NCBI GenBank assembly: GCA_040384565.1
Contig: JAZKJC010000001.1
Coordinates: 1,457 to 65,456, forward strand
DNA length: 64,000 nucleotides
Source of the DNA: Patescibacteria group bacterium
GTDB taxonomy: Bacteria > Patescibacteriota > Saccharimonadia > Saccharimonadales > JAZKJC01
Direction: 5' to 3'
Part shown: one piece after another, positions 28,369 through 36,914 of the stretch
Position numbering within the stretch: the first letter of the stretch is position 1
Layout of the letters: each line of letters begins with the position of its first letter
Position numbers and translations under genes: made by a program
Notes under the pieces: model-generated
Seen by the model: only the letters and a program-made list of their open reading frames with translations
Database searches by the model: none
Told to the model about the DNA's origin: nothing

Positions 28369-29883
28369 ATGGATCCATTGACCATTGTGCTGGCACTTGC
28401 TGGTATTGCTCTTGGTTTTGGCGCGAACACGGCCGTAGCTAAGAAAAAACTGGGGAGTGCCGAGGAAGATGCCAAAAAAGAACTAGCCAAAGCCAAAAAA
28501 GAGGCCGGTAAGCTTATAGATGAAGCCCGCGAAGAAGCTTTGCGTGCCGCCGAAGAATCGCGTAAAGATGAACAAACCCGCCGCAAAGAAACTAAAGATA
28601 TTGAACAGCGGTTGTTGTCCAGAGAAGAATCGTTAGATAAAAAACTGGATGATATTGACAAACGCACTGAGCATCTTCGCAAAGGCGAGGATGAGGTAGA
28701 AGCGCTTAAAAACGAAATCCGAGATATTCGTGGCCGGCAACAGGAAAAGCTGGAAAAGATCGCCAAGCTTAGCAAGTCCGATGCCGCCGAAAAACTCATG
28801 CAGATGACGGAAAAAGACATCCGCGATGACTTAAAAGGACTAGTTAATAAATTACAAAATGAAGCAAAAGAATTAGCCGAAGAAAAAGCCGGAGCGGTTA
28901 TCGTGGGTGCTATGGAGCGCATGGCAAGTGAAGTTACGGCTGAACGTACTATTACTTCTGTCAAACTGGAAGACGAGGAAATGAAAGGCCGGATTATCGG
29001 CAAAGAAGGCCGCAATATTCAGGCCTTGCAGCGTGCGACTGGCGTAGACATTATGGTTGATGACACACCAGGGTATATTGTACTTAGTAGCTTTGACCCC
29101 GTCAGACGTGAAGTTGCCAGACAGGCTTTAGAGATGCTGCTTAAAGACGGACGGGTACATCCTGGCAGAATTGAAGAAATTGTTGAAAAGGCTCAAAAGA
29201 ATGTTCAGAAAGAAGTAGTACATGCCGGTGAAGACGCTGCCCGTGAAGTCGGGGTTATCGGAATTCCTAAAGAAGTTTTACAATTGCTTGGTGAGCTTAA
29301 GTACCGCACCAGCTACGGCCAAAATGTACTAAAACATAGCACCGAAATGGCCCATATTGCCGGTATCATTGCCGAAGAAGTTGGTGCCAATGTCAAAACT
29401 ACTAAATATGCCGCCCTAGTACATGATCTTGGCAAAGCACTTACTCATAAAGTGGAGGGTAAACACCACCACATCAGTGGCGAAGTGCTGCGCAAATACG
29501 GTGCGCCTGAAGAAGTTGCTTTGGCTGCCGAACAACATCATGATGACGTGGAGGCTACCAGCACGGAAGCACTGATTGTCCGCGTCGTAGACGCTATAAG
29601 CGCTTCACGTCCTGGTGCACGCAATATTAGTGCCGAAAACTTTGCTGAGCGCATGAAAGATCTGGAAAATATTGCCAACAGCTTTGACGGTATAGAAAAA
29701 TCCTATGCAATTAGCGCTGGCCGTGAAGTCCGTGTATTTGTCCGCCCTGGTCAGATTGATGATCTGAGCGCCATTAAGCTGGCTCGCGATATAGCCAACA
29801 AAATCGAGTCAACCATGCAGTACCCAGGAACCATTAAGGTTAATGTTATCCGCGAAACCAGAGCCATAGAATTCGCCAAATAG
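28369..29883 (+). CDS. rny: ribonuclease Y
   Basis: N-terminal TM helix, long E/K coiled coil, KH domain (GRIIGKEGRNIQAL), HD domain (HSTEMAHIAG...HDLGK). Confidence 0.95.
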   Translation: MDPLTIVLALAGIALGFGANTAVAKKKLGSAEEDAKKELAKAKKEAGKLIDEAREEALRAAEESRKDEQTRRKETKDIEQRLLSREESLDKKLDDIDKRTEHLRKGEDEVEALKNEIRDIRGRQQEKLEKIAKLSKSDAAEKLMQMTEKDIRDDLKGLVNKLQNEAKELAEEKAGAVIVGAMERMASEVTAERTITSVKLEDEEMKGRIIGKEGRNIQALQRATGVDIMVDDTPGYIVLSSFDPVRREVARQALEMLLKDGRVHPGRIEEIVEKAQKNVQKEVVHAGEDAAREVGVIGIPKEVLQLLGELKYRTSYGQNVLKHSTEMAHIAGIIAEEVGANVKTTKYAALVHDLGKALTHKVEGKHHHISGEVLRKYGAPEEVALAAEQHHDDVEATSTEALIVRVVDAISASRPGARNISAENFAERMKDLENIANSFDGIEKSYAISAGREVRVFVRPGQIDDLSAIKLARDIANKIESTMQYPGTIKVNVIRETRAIEFAK

Positions 29884-29899
29884 TCTAGAATAGAAGCAT

Positions 29900-30433
29900 A
29901 TGATAACAATTGTATTTGAACCCCACAGTACGACTTTTGACAACGAGAATAATGTTGCTTCTGGCTGGTTTGACGATCGTTTATCACCAGCCGGCGCCGA
30001 ACAAGCCAAAGAAATGGGCAGACGATATGCAGACAACCCGTTTGACGCGATCTTTTGCTCGGACTTGAAGCGGGCCTACCAAACAGCCACTATAGCTTTT
30101 GATTTTAATCCAAGGCTGATATTTTCTGATTGGCGGCTACGCGAATGTGATTACGGGCAGTACACACAAGCCTCTAAACAAGAAGTGAATGGATTAAGAT
30201 CTCAACATATTAGTGAGCCTTTTATAGACGGTGAAAGCTACAACCAGGTTGTGGATCGTGTAGCTAGCTTCCTTGCTGATTTAAAAAAGCGCTGGGATGG
30301 CAAGCGCGTGCTAATAATTGGGCATCGTGGGACTCATTACGGCTTAGATTTTCTAATCAATAATAAACCACTGGAACAGTCTTTAGCAGAAACTTTCACC
30401 TGGCAGCCAGGTTGGCAGTACACACTTCAATAA
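29900..30433 (+). CDS. histidine phosphatase family protein
   Basis: N-terminal EPHSTTFDNE...ASGW and a later GHRGTH. 177 aa. Confidence 0.7.
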   Translation: MITIVFEPHSTTFDNENNVASGWFDDRLSPAGAEQAKEMGRRYADNPFDAIFCSDLKRAYQTATIAFDFNPRLIFSDWRLRECDYGQYTQASKQEVNGLRSQHISEPFIDGESYNQVVDRVASFLADLKKRWDGKRVLIIGHRGTHYGLDFLINNKPLEQSLAETFTWQPGWQYTLQ

Positions 30434-30437
30434 AATT

Positions 30438-30629
30438 ATGGAGCCAAAAAACGAAGACCCTAACCGCTTAAGATTTCCAGAATTTTTTTTACTATCGGCA
30501 TTAGTTTTGGTGGTTATCGGGATTATTGTATTCTTATTTTTCCAGGTGATAGCCGGAATTATTATCGGTTTGTTGGGTGTAATTTTTGGCTTAGGCGCTA
30601 AAGTTGCTAACGACAACAAACTAAAGTAA
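30438..30629 (+). CDS. small membrane protein
   Basis: 63 aa with two hydrophobic helices. Tightly packed between its neighbours. Confidence 0.45.
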   Translation: MEPKNEDPNRLRFPEFFLLSALVLVVIGIIVFLFFQVIAGIIIGLLGVIFGLGAKVANDNKLK

Positions 30630-30631
30630 CC

Positions 30632-31435
30632 ATGAATATCCTTTACATAGGTGACATAATGGGTGAACCTGGTGTCAAAGTAGTGCAACAGGTTTTACCG
30701 GACCTTAAAGCCAAACACAATATAGATCTGGTTATTGCGCAGGCAGAGAATGTTACCGAAGGCAAAGGGCTATCTAAGGCGGACTTCGTAAGGCTTAGAA
30801 ACATAGGCATAGATTTTTGTACAGGAGGCAATTGGTCTGGACACCGCAGTGAAATACATGACTATTTAAGCGATCCTCAGCAGCCAGTAATTCGCCCTGC
30901 GAATTACCCCATAGGAACGCCAGGGAAAGGCTGGAAATATATTCAAACAAAACAAGGCCCGGTGTTAGTTATTAGTTTGCTTGGTCAAATCGTAGGCAAA
31001 GACTCAGCCAACCTTATGGATAATCCGCTCCATGTAGTTGATCAAATTTTAGAAGAAAATAAGCTAATTGACCGTGTCGCTACAATTGTAAATTTCCATG
31101 GTGATTACAGCAGCGAAAAAAGAGTGATTGGTTACTATCTGGACGGACGTGTCACGGCAGTACTAGGCGATCACTGGCATGTTCCCACGGCCGACGCCAT
31201 GGTTCTGCCAAAAGGGACTGCTCATATTACGGATGTGGGCATGTGCGGAAGCCTGCACAGCAGCCTGGGCGTAAAGCTGGACATAATAATTTCACGATGG
31301 AAAGATAGCAAAAAAAGCAAAAACGAACTGGAATTTAATGGCCCGCTCCAGTTCAACGCAGTTATAGTAGAAGTTAATTCGCAAACCAATCTTGCCAGCA
31401 AAATTGAACAAATAAACAAGATTAAACACCTATAG
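30632..31435 (+). CDS. ymdB: YmdB-family metallophosphoesterase (TIGR00282-like)
   Basis: MNILYIGDIMGEPG, AQAENVTEGKG and NFHGDYSSEK motifs. Located downstream of rny, as in Firmicutes. Confidence 0.85.
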   Translation: MNILYIGDIMGEPGVKVVQQVLPDLKAKHNIDLVIAQAENVTEGKGLSKADFVRLRNIGIDFCTGGNWSGHRSEIHDYLSDPQQPVIRPANYPIGTPGKGWKYIQTKQGPVLVISLLGQIVGKDSANLMDNPLHVVDQILEENKLIDRVATIVNFHGDYSSEKRVIGYYLDGRVTAVLGDHWHVPTADAMVLPKGTAHITDVGMCGSLHSSLGVKLDIIISRWKDSKKSKNELEFNGPLQFNAVIVEVNSQTNLASKIEQINKIKHL

Positions 31436-31445
31436 AAGACGTACT

Positions 31446-31631
31446 TTATATCTCTTTCTTGCCAGAGAATCCTATTGAGGCAATGATAACGGTCACAAAC
31501 ATATCAATGATTACAATTTTTATGCCTGGTAGGCCTTCGCTTAGAGCCATTAATATGGCGCTTCCGAGCCAAATCGTCGCTATTACGCCGGCTGTATAGG
31601 GGTACTTAATAAATAGTATAAATTCTTTCAT
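31446..31631 (-). CDS. small membrane protein
   Basis: 61 aa with two TM helices. Overlaps the stop of the upstream kinase gene by 4 nt. Confidence 0.45.
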   Translation of the reverse strand: MKEFILFIKYPYTAGVIATIWLGSAILMALSEGLPGIKIVIIDMFVTVIIASIGFSGKKEI

Positions 31632-33217
31632 GCTTTAACCTCTTCCTCTACTTTTATATCCTCAATAATCGCGCCGTTCCCTGGGCTTTCTGCTGCCGGT
31701 TGAGGACGGGCTTTCCTTAGTTTAATACGTCTGGTAAGTTGCATAAATAGGGCAGGGTCACGTTCCGCGACGCGCTCCAGCCAATTGCTGACTGTCTGCA
31801 AAGCATGTGACACACTCATGCCGTCATCTTGAGTGTGCTGAAGCTCCGGGTATTTGGCACTAACATTATTCACCACTTGTTCAAACACCTTAGGCAATAC
31901 AACTCCGCGCCGTCCGAGTGATTCCACGAGAGTTATGTAGGTTGTTGCTGCCCGCAAAATTTCACTGGATTCAAGTTTAATCACTAATCCAAACCGATTA
32001 TCTTTATTGACCATCTGGTTGACGAGTTGCAGTACGCGTCCATCGGCCAGTAAAGGATCAATATCCCTTACGCCAGTTAGTTGGCTAAATGTTTCTTGGG
32101 CAACCTTTCCTACCTCACCGGTAAAGTTATTTCCCTCCGCAGTTGTTGACGGCGAAAAACTGCTAAGGCGTTTCAGAGCGCGGTAAAGGTCACTTACAAA
32201 AAACCGCATAAACTGCTCGAACAAGTTGCTAATATTACGTCCATCACCAAAAAGTCGATGCCATTCCTGAAGTAAACCAAAAAACGCCGCTTTATTGACA
32301 GGTGACGCAGCACTTATGCCAAAGTCTATGATCCCAACTTTATTATCTTTCATGAGCCTAATATTTCCGGGGTGTGGATCCCCCTGTATACGCCGTAAAT
32401 CAAAAGCCCCCATAAGTGACTCATAACCAAGCGTAATCAGCTGAGTATCAAGGTCAGATCCTAATTGTTCGGCAACGTATTCCTTAGGATCAACGCCCTG
32501 CTCGTGCAGTTTGACTATTGACGCGACTGATATACCGTCTACGTATTCCTGTACGATAATATTCTTGGTACACAGTTCTGTAAATGTCTCTGGAATTATA
32601 AATGTGGAGTGATTTTTATAGGCGGCGTGTAGCTCGGCTGCAAATTCAGCCTCTGCGATATAATCGGTCTCCCTGAGCGTAGAAATTTGAAATTCTTTGA
32701 CGGCTTCATTTAGGTTCATGTCTACATTGCCTTTATGCATTTTACGCAAAAACTTCTTAGAAAACATACTAAGCAGCCTTAGGTCGTAACGTAATAGATC
32801 TCGAACCATTGGGCGGAGCACTTTAATAATAATCTGCTGGCCGGTGGCAAGCTGTCCGTAGTAAACTTGGCCAAAACTGCCGGCAGCAAAAGGTTGAGGT
32901 TGTATGTTGGCGATTTGGGTTAATTTATCCGCGGGGATCTCTGTTTGGAGAATTTTTACAATATCCAATGGCTCGCTGTGCAAATTTTCAAAAATATTTA
33001 GCTTATCTGGGCTGCTCCAGTGCTTCAGAGCCTGGCTTCTGAGCAAAACTCCTTGCAGGAATTTGACATAAACACCTCCAAAACGCACAAATTCATCACA
33101 AACTAAGGTGTAGACTTCGGCTTTTTTACCACGACGATGCAGATACAGTGAACGGGTTAGCAATTTTGCTATACGAGCGGTGCGGTTGCGCTTAATAGCG
33201 GCTATCTGCTTAGACAT
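31628..33217 (-). CDS. ABC1/UbiB-family atypical protein kinase, paralog 1
   Basis: FAAGSFGQVYYG, IIKVLRP, GDPHPGNIRL and IIDFGI motifs. 529 aa. Confidence 0.85.
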   Translation of the reverse strand: MSKQIAAIKRNRTARIAKLLTRSLYLHRRGKKAEVYTLVCDEFVRFGGVYVKFLQGVLLRSQALKHWSSPDKLNIFENLHSEPLDIVKILQTEIPADKLTQIANIQPQPFAAGSFGQVYYGQLATGQQIIIKVLRPMVRDLLRYDLRLLSMFSKKFLRKMHKGNVDMNLNEAVKEFQISTLRETDYIAEAEFAAELHAAYKNHSTFIIPETFTELCTKNIIVQEYVDGISVASIVKLHEQGVDPKEYVAEQLGSDLDTQLITLGYESLMGAFDLRRIQGDPHPGNIRLMKDNKVGIIDFGISAASPVNKAAFFGLLQEWHRLFGDGRNISNLFEQFMRFFVSDLYRALKRLSSFSPSTTAEGNNFTGEVGKVAQETFSQLTGVRDIDPLLADGRVLQLVNQMVNKDNRFGLVIKLESSEILRAATTYITLVESLGRRGVVLPKVFEQVVNNVSAKYPELQHTQDDGMSVSHALQTVSNWLERVAERDPALFMQLTRRIKLRKARPQPAAESPGNGAIIEDIKVEEEVKA

Positions 33218-33242
33218 GCTGAAGCTCCAGCCTAAAGGCTAT

Positions 33243-33351
33243 TGATGAGTGATGAGTGATGAGTGATGAGAAAAAGCCAAAAATATTAGAATTGCAATGC
33301 TTAGTAATGTATTCGTTTCCTATCTCAGATCTCATAACTCACCATCACTCA
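33243..33351. repeat. inverted arrays of heptad repeats (TGATGAG x4, about 50-nt AT-rich spacer, NNNCTCA x3-4)
   Basis: TGAG at 33246, 33253, 33260 and 33267. CTCA at 33324, 33331, 33338 and 33348. Confidence 0.8.
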
Positions 33352-33360
33352 TGTCTCTTT

Positions 33361-33519
33361 TTATTTCTTGGCAAAACCAATTAAAAAGAGAGCAAGGGTA
33401 CAAACTATGACCGCAAGATAGAGCTGAAAAATTTCGTGGCTATTACGCCGTGTGAGTGCCATCAATATGACTGCAATCCAGACAAGCAGTATAGTTGCGA
33501 ACATAGAGGCGTACTTCAT
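33361..33519 (-). CDS. possible 52-aa membrane peptide (below the ORF-track cutoff)
   Basis: My translation is MKYASMFATILLVWIAVILMALTRRNSHEIFQLYLAVIVCTLALFLIGFAKK, with two hydrophobic helices. No clear SD. Confidence 0.35.
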   Translation of the reverse strand: MKYASMFATILLVWIAVILMALTRRNSHEIFQLYLAVIVCTLALFLIGFAKK

Positions 33520-33591
33520 ATAGCAATTATATCATAAATAACTACAGTTAACCATGTAACACATGGTATATACCGTGCTACAATACTGTAT

Positions 33592-34059
33592 ATGCATTTG
33601 GATACGCTTCGCACAATTGGAATTAGTATTTGGTGGTCAGAAGGTACAAAATCCCGCAGAGACATAAGGTGGAGGAACGCTCGCTCCTATCCAGTCGAAG
33701 TTACCAACACAAACCCTCAGATCATTAAAGTATTTTTGCTTTTTTTAAGGCTCATTCTTAAGATTCCTGAAAATAAGTTAATGCTACAATTACAGATTCA
33801 CGAGGGAGATGATCAAGATAAATTAGAAAAATACTGGTCACGCATAACGCAAATACCTAAGACTAGATTCAACAAGACAATTGTGAGACCTGTGGGGAAA
33901 AAGATTGGCAAAAGCTTAGGAACTTGTAAAGTTCGCTTTGCCGATAAAGCTACCTACCTGAAGTTAGATTCGATGCTTCTAAATGAGCTTGCTAGGATTA
34001 CGGTTTTACAACACGGGATATTATTAACTAGTAACAGGGGTATTGATCTGCTAGAATAG
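33592..34059 (+). CDS. hypothetical protein (possibly LAGLIDADG-like single-motif fold; very tentative)
   Basis: 155-aa ORF. IGISIWWSEGTKS followed by VEVTNTNPQIIKVFLLFLR loosely resembles homing-endonuclease blocks. TGcTACAAT lies 7 nt before the ATG. Confidence 0.5.
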   Translation: MHLDTLRTIGISIWWSEGTKSRRDIRWRNARSYPVEVTNTNPQIIKVFLLFLRLILKIPENKLMLQLQIHEGDDQDKLEKYWSRITQIPKTRFNKTIVRPVGKKIGKSLGTCKVRFADKATYLKLDSMLLNELARITVLQHGILLTSNRGIDLLE

Positions 34060-34069
34060 GCAAATGTCA

Positions 34070-34146
34070 CGGGGTGTGGCGCAGTCTGGTAGCGCGGGCG
34101 GTTTGGGACCGTCAGGTCGAAGGTTCGAATCCTTTCACCCCGACCA
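34070..34146 (+). tRNA. tRNA-Pro (anticodon TGG), CCA encoded
   Basis: Manual cloverleaf: CGGGGTG/CACCCCG acceptor, GCGC D-stem, GGCGG/CCGTC anticodon stem, loop TTTGGGA, T-loop TTCGAAT. Confidence 0.9.
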
Positions 34147-34291
34147 AATAAAACGTCCATCTAAGTGATGGGCTTTTTATTTGGCATGGCTGAAAGAATT
34201 CGAACCGGTAGGCTTAAATAGCCTGATGGCTGTTTAAGTTTTCCTTGCTTGGCCATTTCTGGAGGCTTTAGCCGAAGAAATGCAGATGTGG

Positions 34292-34312
34292 CGAGTCCTT
34301 TCACCCCGACCA
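34292..34312 (+). repeat. duplicated 3' end of tRNA-Pro (20/21 nt identical to 34126-34146)
   Basis: CGAGTCCTTTCACCCCGACCA versus CGAATCCTTTCACCCCGACCA in the tRNA. Confidence 0.85.
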
Positions 34313-34321
34313 TGTAAAGTG

Positions 34322-34347
34322 CCCGGTCTATTTGACCGGGCTTTTTA
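34322..34347. terminator. bidirectional rho-independent-type hairpin
   Basis: CCCGGTC-TATTT-GACCGGG followed by CTTTTTA on the plus strand. Overlaps the stop region of the convergent minus-strand ORF. Confidence 0.6.
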
Positions 34348-34594
34348 TACGGAGTTGCCCAGAACGGATAACACCATAAAATTTATATAGCAAAATACAT
34401 ATTTCGATAGTTGTAATGACCAATACCACCAAAATAAGTAAAGAGCCCACCACAGAATAATTAGAGGGTGCTTCGTCGGATGCGCATTGTTGATACACGG
34501 TTGGGCAGTCCATGTCTCCTAGGTACATCAGGTAAAATGATAAACCACCAAATAATAAAAGACTTAACAGCATAAGAAGATGCTTCTTCTTCAT
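34328..34594 (-). CDS. small membrane protein
   Basis: 88 aa with two TM helices. Confidence 0.5.
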   Translation of the reverse strand: MKKKHLLMLLSLLLFGGLSFYLMYLGDMDCPTVYQQCASDEAPSNYSVVGSLLILVVLVITTIEICILLYKFYGVIRSGQLRIKSPVK

Positions 34595-34639
34595 ATAATT
34601 ATTATACTCTGTGATCAGCTCATAGGGAGTTGTGAGTTG

Positions 34640-36190
34640 TTATTTGGAGTCAAGTTTGACGGTGCCGGTGAGGCCGTTTATGTGGGTGGTTATTTGGCGG
34701 TACAGTTCGTAATCGTTATTACCTATGCGTTCTAGCCATTCATATAGGGTTTCTATGGCTTCACTTAGGGCAAGGGTGGTCTCTGGCTCGTATTCCAGCT
34801 CCGGCATATTTGTACGGGCATAGGCTATAACCCGCTCATAAACTTCAGGTACAATTGAGCGGTATCCTAGGACAGTTATTAAGCTGTTGTATGTTACGAG
34901 TGAGCGGAGCAGGGGGCCGTCTTTGATCTTGGCGACTATGCCAAAGCGGTTATCGGCGTTAATTACCCTGACTACAGAGTTACTTCCGGCGCCTTTGCCC
35001 TCGCGCATATCACTGATGCTTTTTTTAAGTTCCTGGTCACTGACCTTTTGGCGAAAGTAATTATTTCCAAGCTGAGCAATATAGTCGTCTAGTTTTATTG
35101 GTTTTCCAAGCCGTTTGCTGGCGTATTCAGATATAACTCGCATGCTTTCGTATAACCGCTCAGAGTAAAAGCGGATGTATGACACAAACACAGCTCCCGG
35201 GTCTGGCTCCTCGGCGTACTCCACCCGCCACCATTCTTTGACCATCAGGTAGTAAGCACGCGATGACACGGAGGGACGCGCCCGGATTCCATAATCCAAT
35301 AGCCCCACTTTATTATCAGGCAACAATCTAATATTTCCCGGGTGAGGATCGCCGTGCAGTGGCCGGCCCAGCAGGGTACTGACATAAAGTTCAGTGCCCA
35401 GATCCGAAAGTTGTTTATGCAAATCTGAGCCGGTAGTTTCACGTACGATTGCCGCATAGGCTTCTGCCGTTTTTTCTATATTTGGATTGCGGAGTATCTG
35501 AGCTATTGAAACGCCGCCAATGTACTCCTGGGTGATAATATTTGGAGAACATAGCTCAGTGTAGGTTTTGGGTACAACTATTGTGGGGCTGTTTTTGTGG
35601 ATTTCATAGAACTCTAAGGCAAATTTTACCTCGGCTTTATAGTCTACCTCATTCATGGTCGATGCCACAAACTCGCTTGTTAAGGCTTTGAGGTTGAGGT
35701 TGAAGCTACTCATGCTGCTACCCAATAGACGGGCGACAAATTTAAGCAGTTTCAAGTCTTTTTGAAGTGCGCCGCGGGCTTCCGGACGCAGTACTTTGAT
35801 TACAACTTGTTCGCCCCCTATGAGCTTTGCCAGGTAAACTTGCCCAAAGCTACCAGCTGCGAAAGGCGTCGGGTTAATGCTGTGAATCTTAGATACTATA
35901 TCTTTAGGAAAGGTACCTAGCAGCAGTCTTTTGACATCTAATGGCTCTGGTTCCACGTCTTCATAGACGTCAAAGCGTTTATCATTTTTCCACTGCCGCA
36001 TAGCAGGCAGTTGAAGCAAAACTCCTTGCAGAAACTTTACGTAGACGCCGCCTAGGCGCATAAAACCATCGGCCACCTCTGTCATCATGGCTGTCTCGTC
36101 GCCTTTCATCTTGTGTCTGCCGGCACGCGTCAACAACTTAACGATAAAACGTCTTCTAGCTGTGATGGTTGGTGTTTTTGCAGTAGCCAC
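34640..36190 (-). CDS. ABC1/UbiB-family atypical protein kinase, paralog 2
   Basis: RLGGVYVKFLQGVLL, FAAGSFGQVYLA, VIKVLRP, GDPHPGNIRL and LLDYGI motifs. The GTG at 36190 aligns with the start of paralog 1. The ORF-track start at 36352 is probably too long. Confidence 0.8.
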   Translation of the reverse strand: MATAKTPTITARRRFIVKLLTRAGRHKMKGDETAMMTEVADGFMRLGGVYVKFLQGVLLQLPAMRQWKNDKRFDVYEDVEPEPLDVKRLLLGTFPKDIVSKIHSINPTPFAAGSFGQVYLAKLIGGEQVVIKVLRPEARGALQKDLKLLKFVARLLGSSMSSFNLNLKALTSEFVASTMNEVDYKAEVKFALEFYEIHKNSPTIVVPKTYTELCSPNIITQEYIGGVSIAQILRNPNIEKTAEAYAAIVRETTGSDLHKQLSDLGTELYVSTLLGRPLHGDPHPGNIRLLPDNKVGLLDYGIRARPSVSSRAYYLMVKEWWRVEYAEEPDPGAVFVSYIRFYSERLYESMRVISEYASKRLGKPIKLDDYIAQLGNNYFRQKVSDQELKKSISDMREGKGAGSNSVVRVINADNRFGIVAKIKDGPLLRSLVTYNSLITVLGYRSIVPEVYERVIAYARTNMPELEYEPETTLALSEAIETLYEWLERIGNNDYELYRQITTHINGLTGTVKLDSK

Positions 36191-36266
36191 AACTATATTA
36201 TACCTCTGTTGGCCAGAGAGAGAAATTAAAGACTTATCTAACAACCATTTGATACAATACTTGCAT

Positions 36267-36914
36267 ATGAATTCGGGATTATTGTTAAGCGCTCTTTGTG
36301 GCGGGCTGCTAGTCTTAGCGGCTGAATATTTACGCAGGCAAAAAAAGATCAATAACGAGACTACCAGAAAGATTATCCATATTGCCCATGCGCTAACGGT
36401 GGCGACGTGGCCATTTTTTACAAGCTATGGATTTATTATTGCTGCTGAAGCAATTTTCATTGCTGTCGTGATACTGGCACGCCAGTGGGGCATTTTGCAG
36501 GCTTTAAGAAATGTTAAAAGAAAATCATGGGGGGAAGTATTTTTTGGTCTGGCAGTCATAGCTTTGGCGCTAATAAAACCGGGACCAGAAATATTTTTAG
36601 CTGCTGTGCTGCACCTGGGGCTGGCTGATGGAATGGCTACAATTGTTGGCCAGCGTGTAAAGTCAAAAGCTTATTTTGTATTTGGCCAACGCAAAACTGT
36701 GGCGGGCACGGCGGCTTTTGCCTTAACATCAATAACTATAATTGCTTCACTGGCCATATTTAGTGAGCTGGCTTTTACGACCAATTCATATTTATTGAGT
36801 TTACTGGTTTTCCCCATAGTGACTGCTTTGGCAGAAAACACATCACCGTATGGAAGCGACAATTTAAGCGTCCCGTTATTAGTACTGGGAATATTTACGA
36901 TTTTAGGGCTCTAA
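36267..36914 (+). CDS. polyprenol/dolichol kinase-like (CTP-transferase-1 family) membrane protein
   Basis: TRKIIHIAH, LGLADGMATIVGQR and GTAAFALTS motifs. Polytopic. The ATG at 36267 avoids overlap with the divergent kinase gene. Confidence 0.55.
   Translation: MNSGLLLSALCGGLLVLAAEYLRRQKKINNETTRKIIHIAHALTVATWPFFTSYGFIIAAEAIFIAVVILARQWGILQALRNVKRKSWGEVFFGLAVIALALIKPGPEIFLAAVLHLGLADGMATIVGQRVKSKAYFVFGQRKTVAGTAAFALTSITIIASLAIFSELAFTTNSYLLSLLVFPIVTALAENTSPYGSDNLSVPLLVLGIFTILGL

Noticed and set aside
28275-29015. 246-aa minus-strand ORF antisense to rny
   Set aside because: It is an extremely Ser/Leu/Arg-rich low-complexity translation that is the mirror of the E/K-rich RNase Y coiled coil. The plus-strand gene is unambiguous.
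34147-34295. Considered a second (degenerate) tRNA between tRNA-Pro and its duplicated 3' end because of a GAATTCGAACC string
   Set aside because: No complementary T-stem or acceptor stem can be drawn on either strand.
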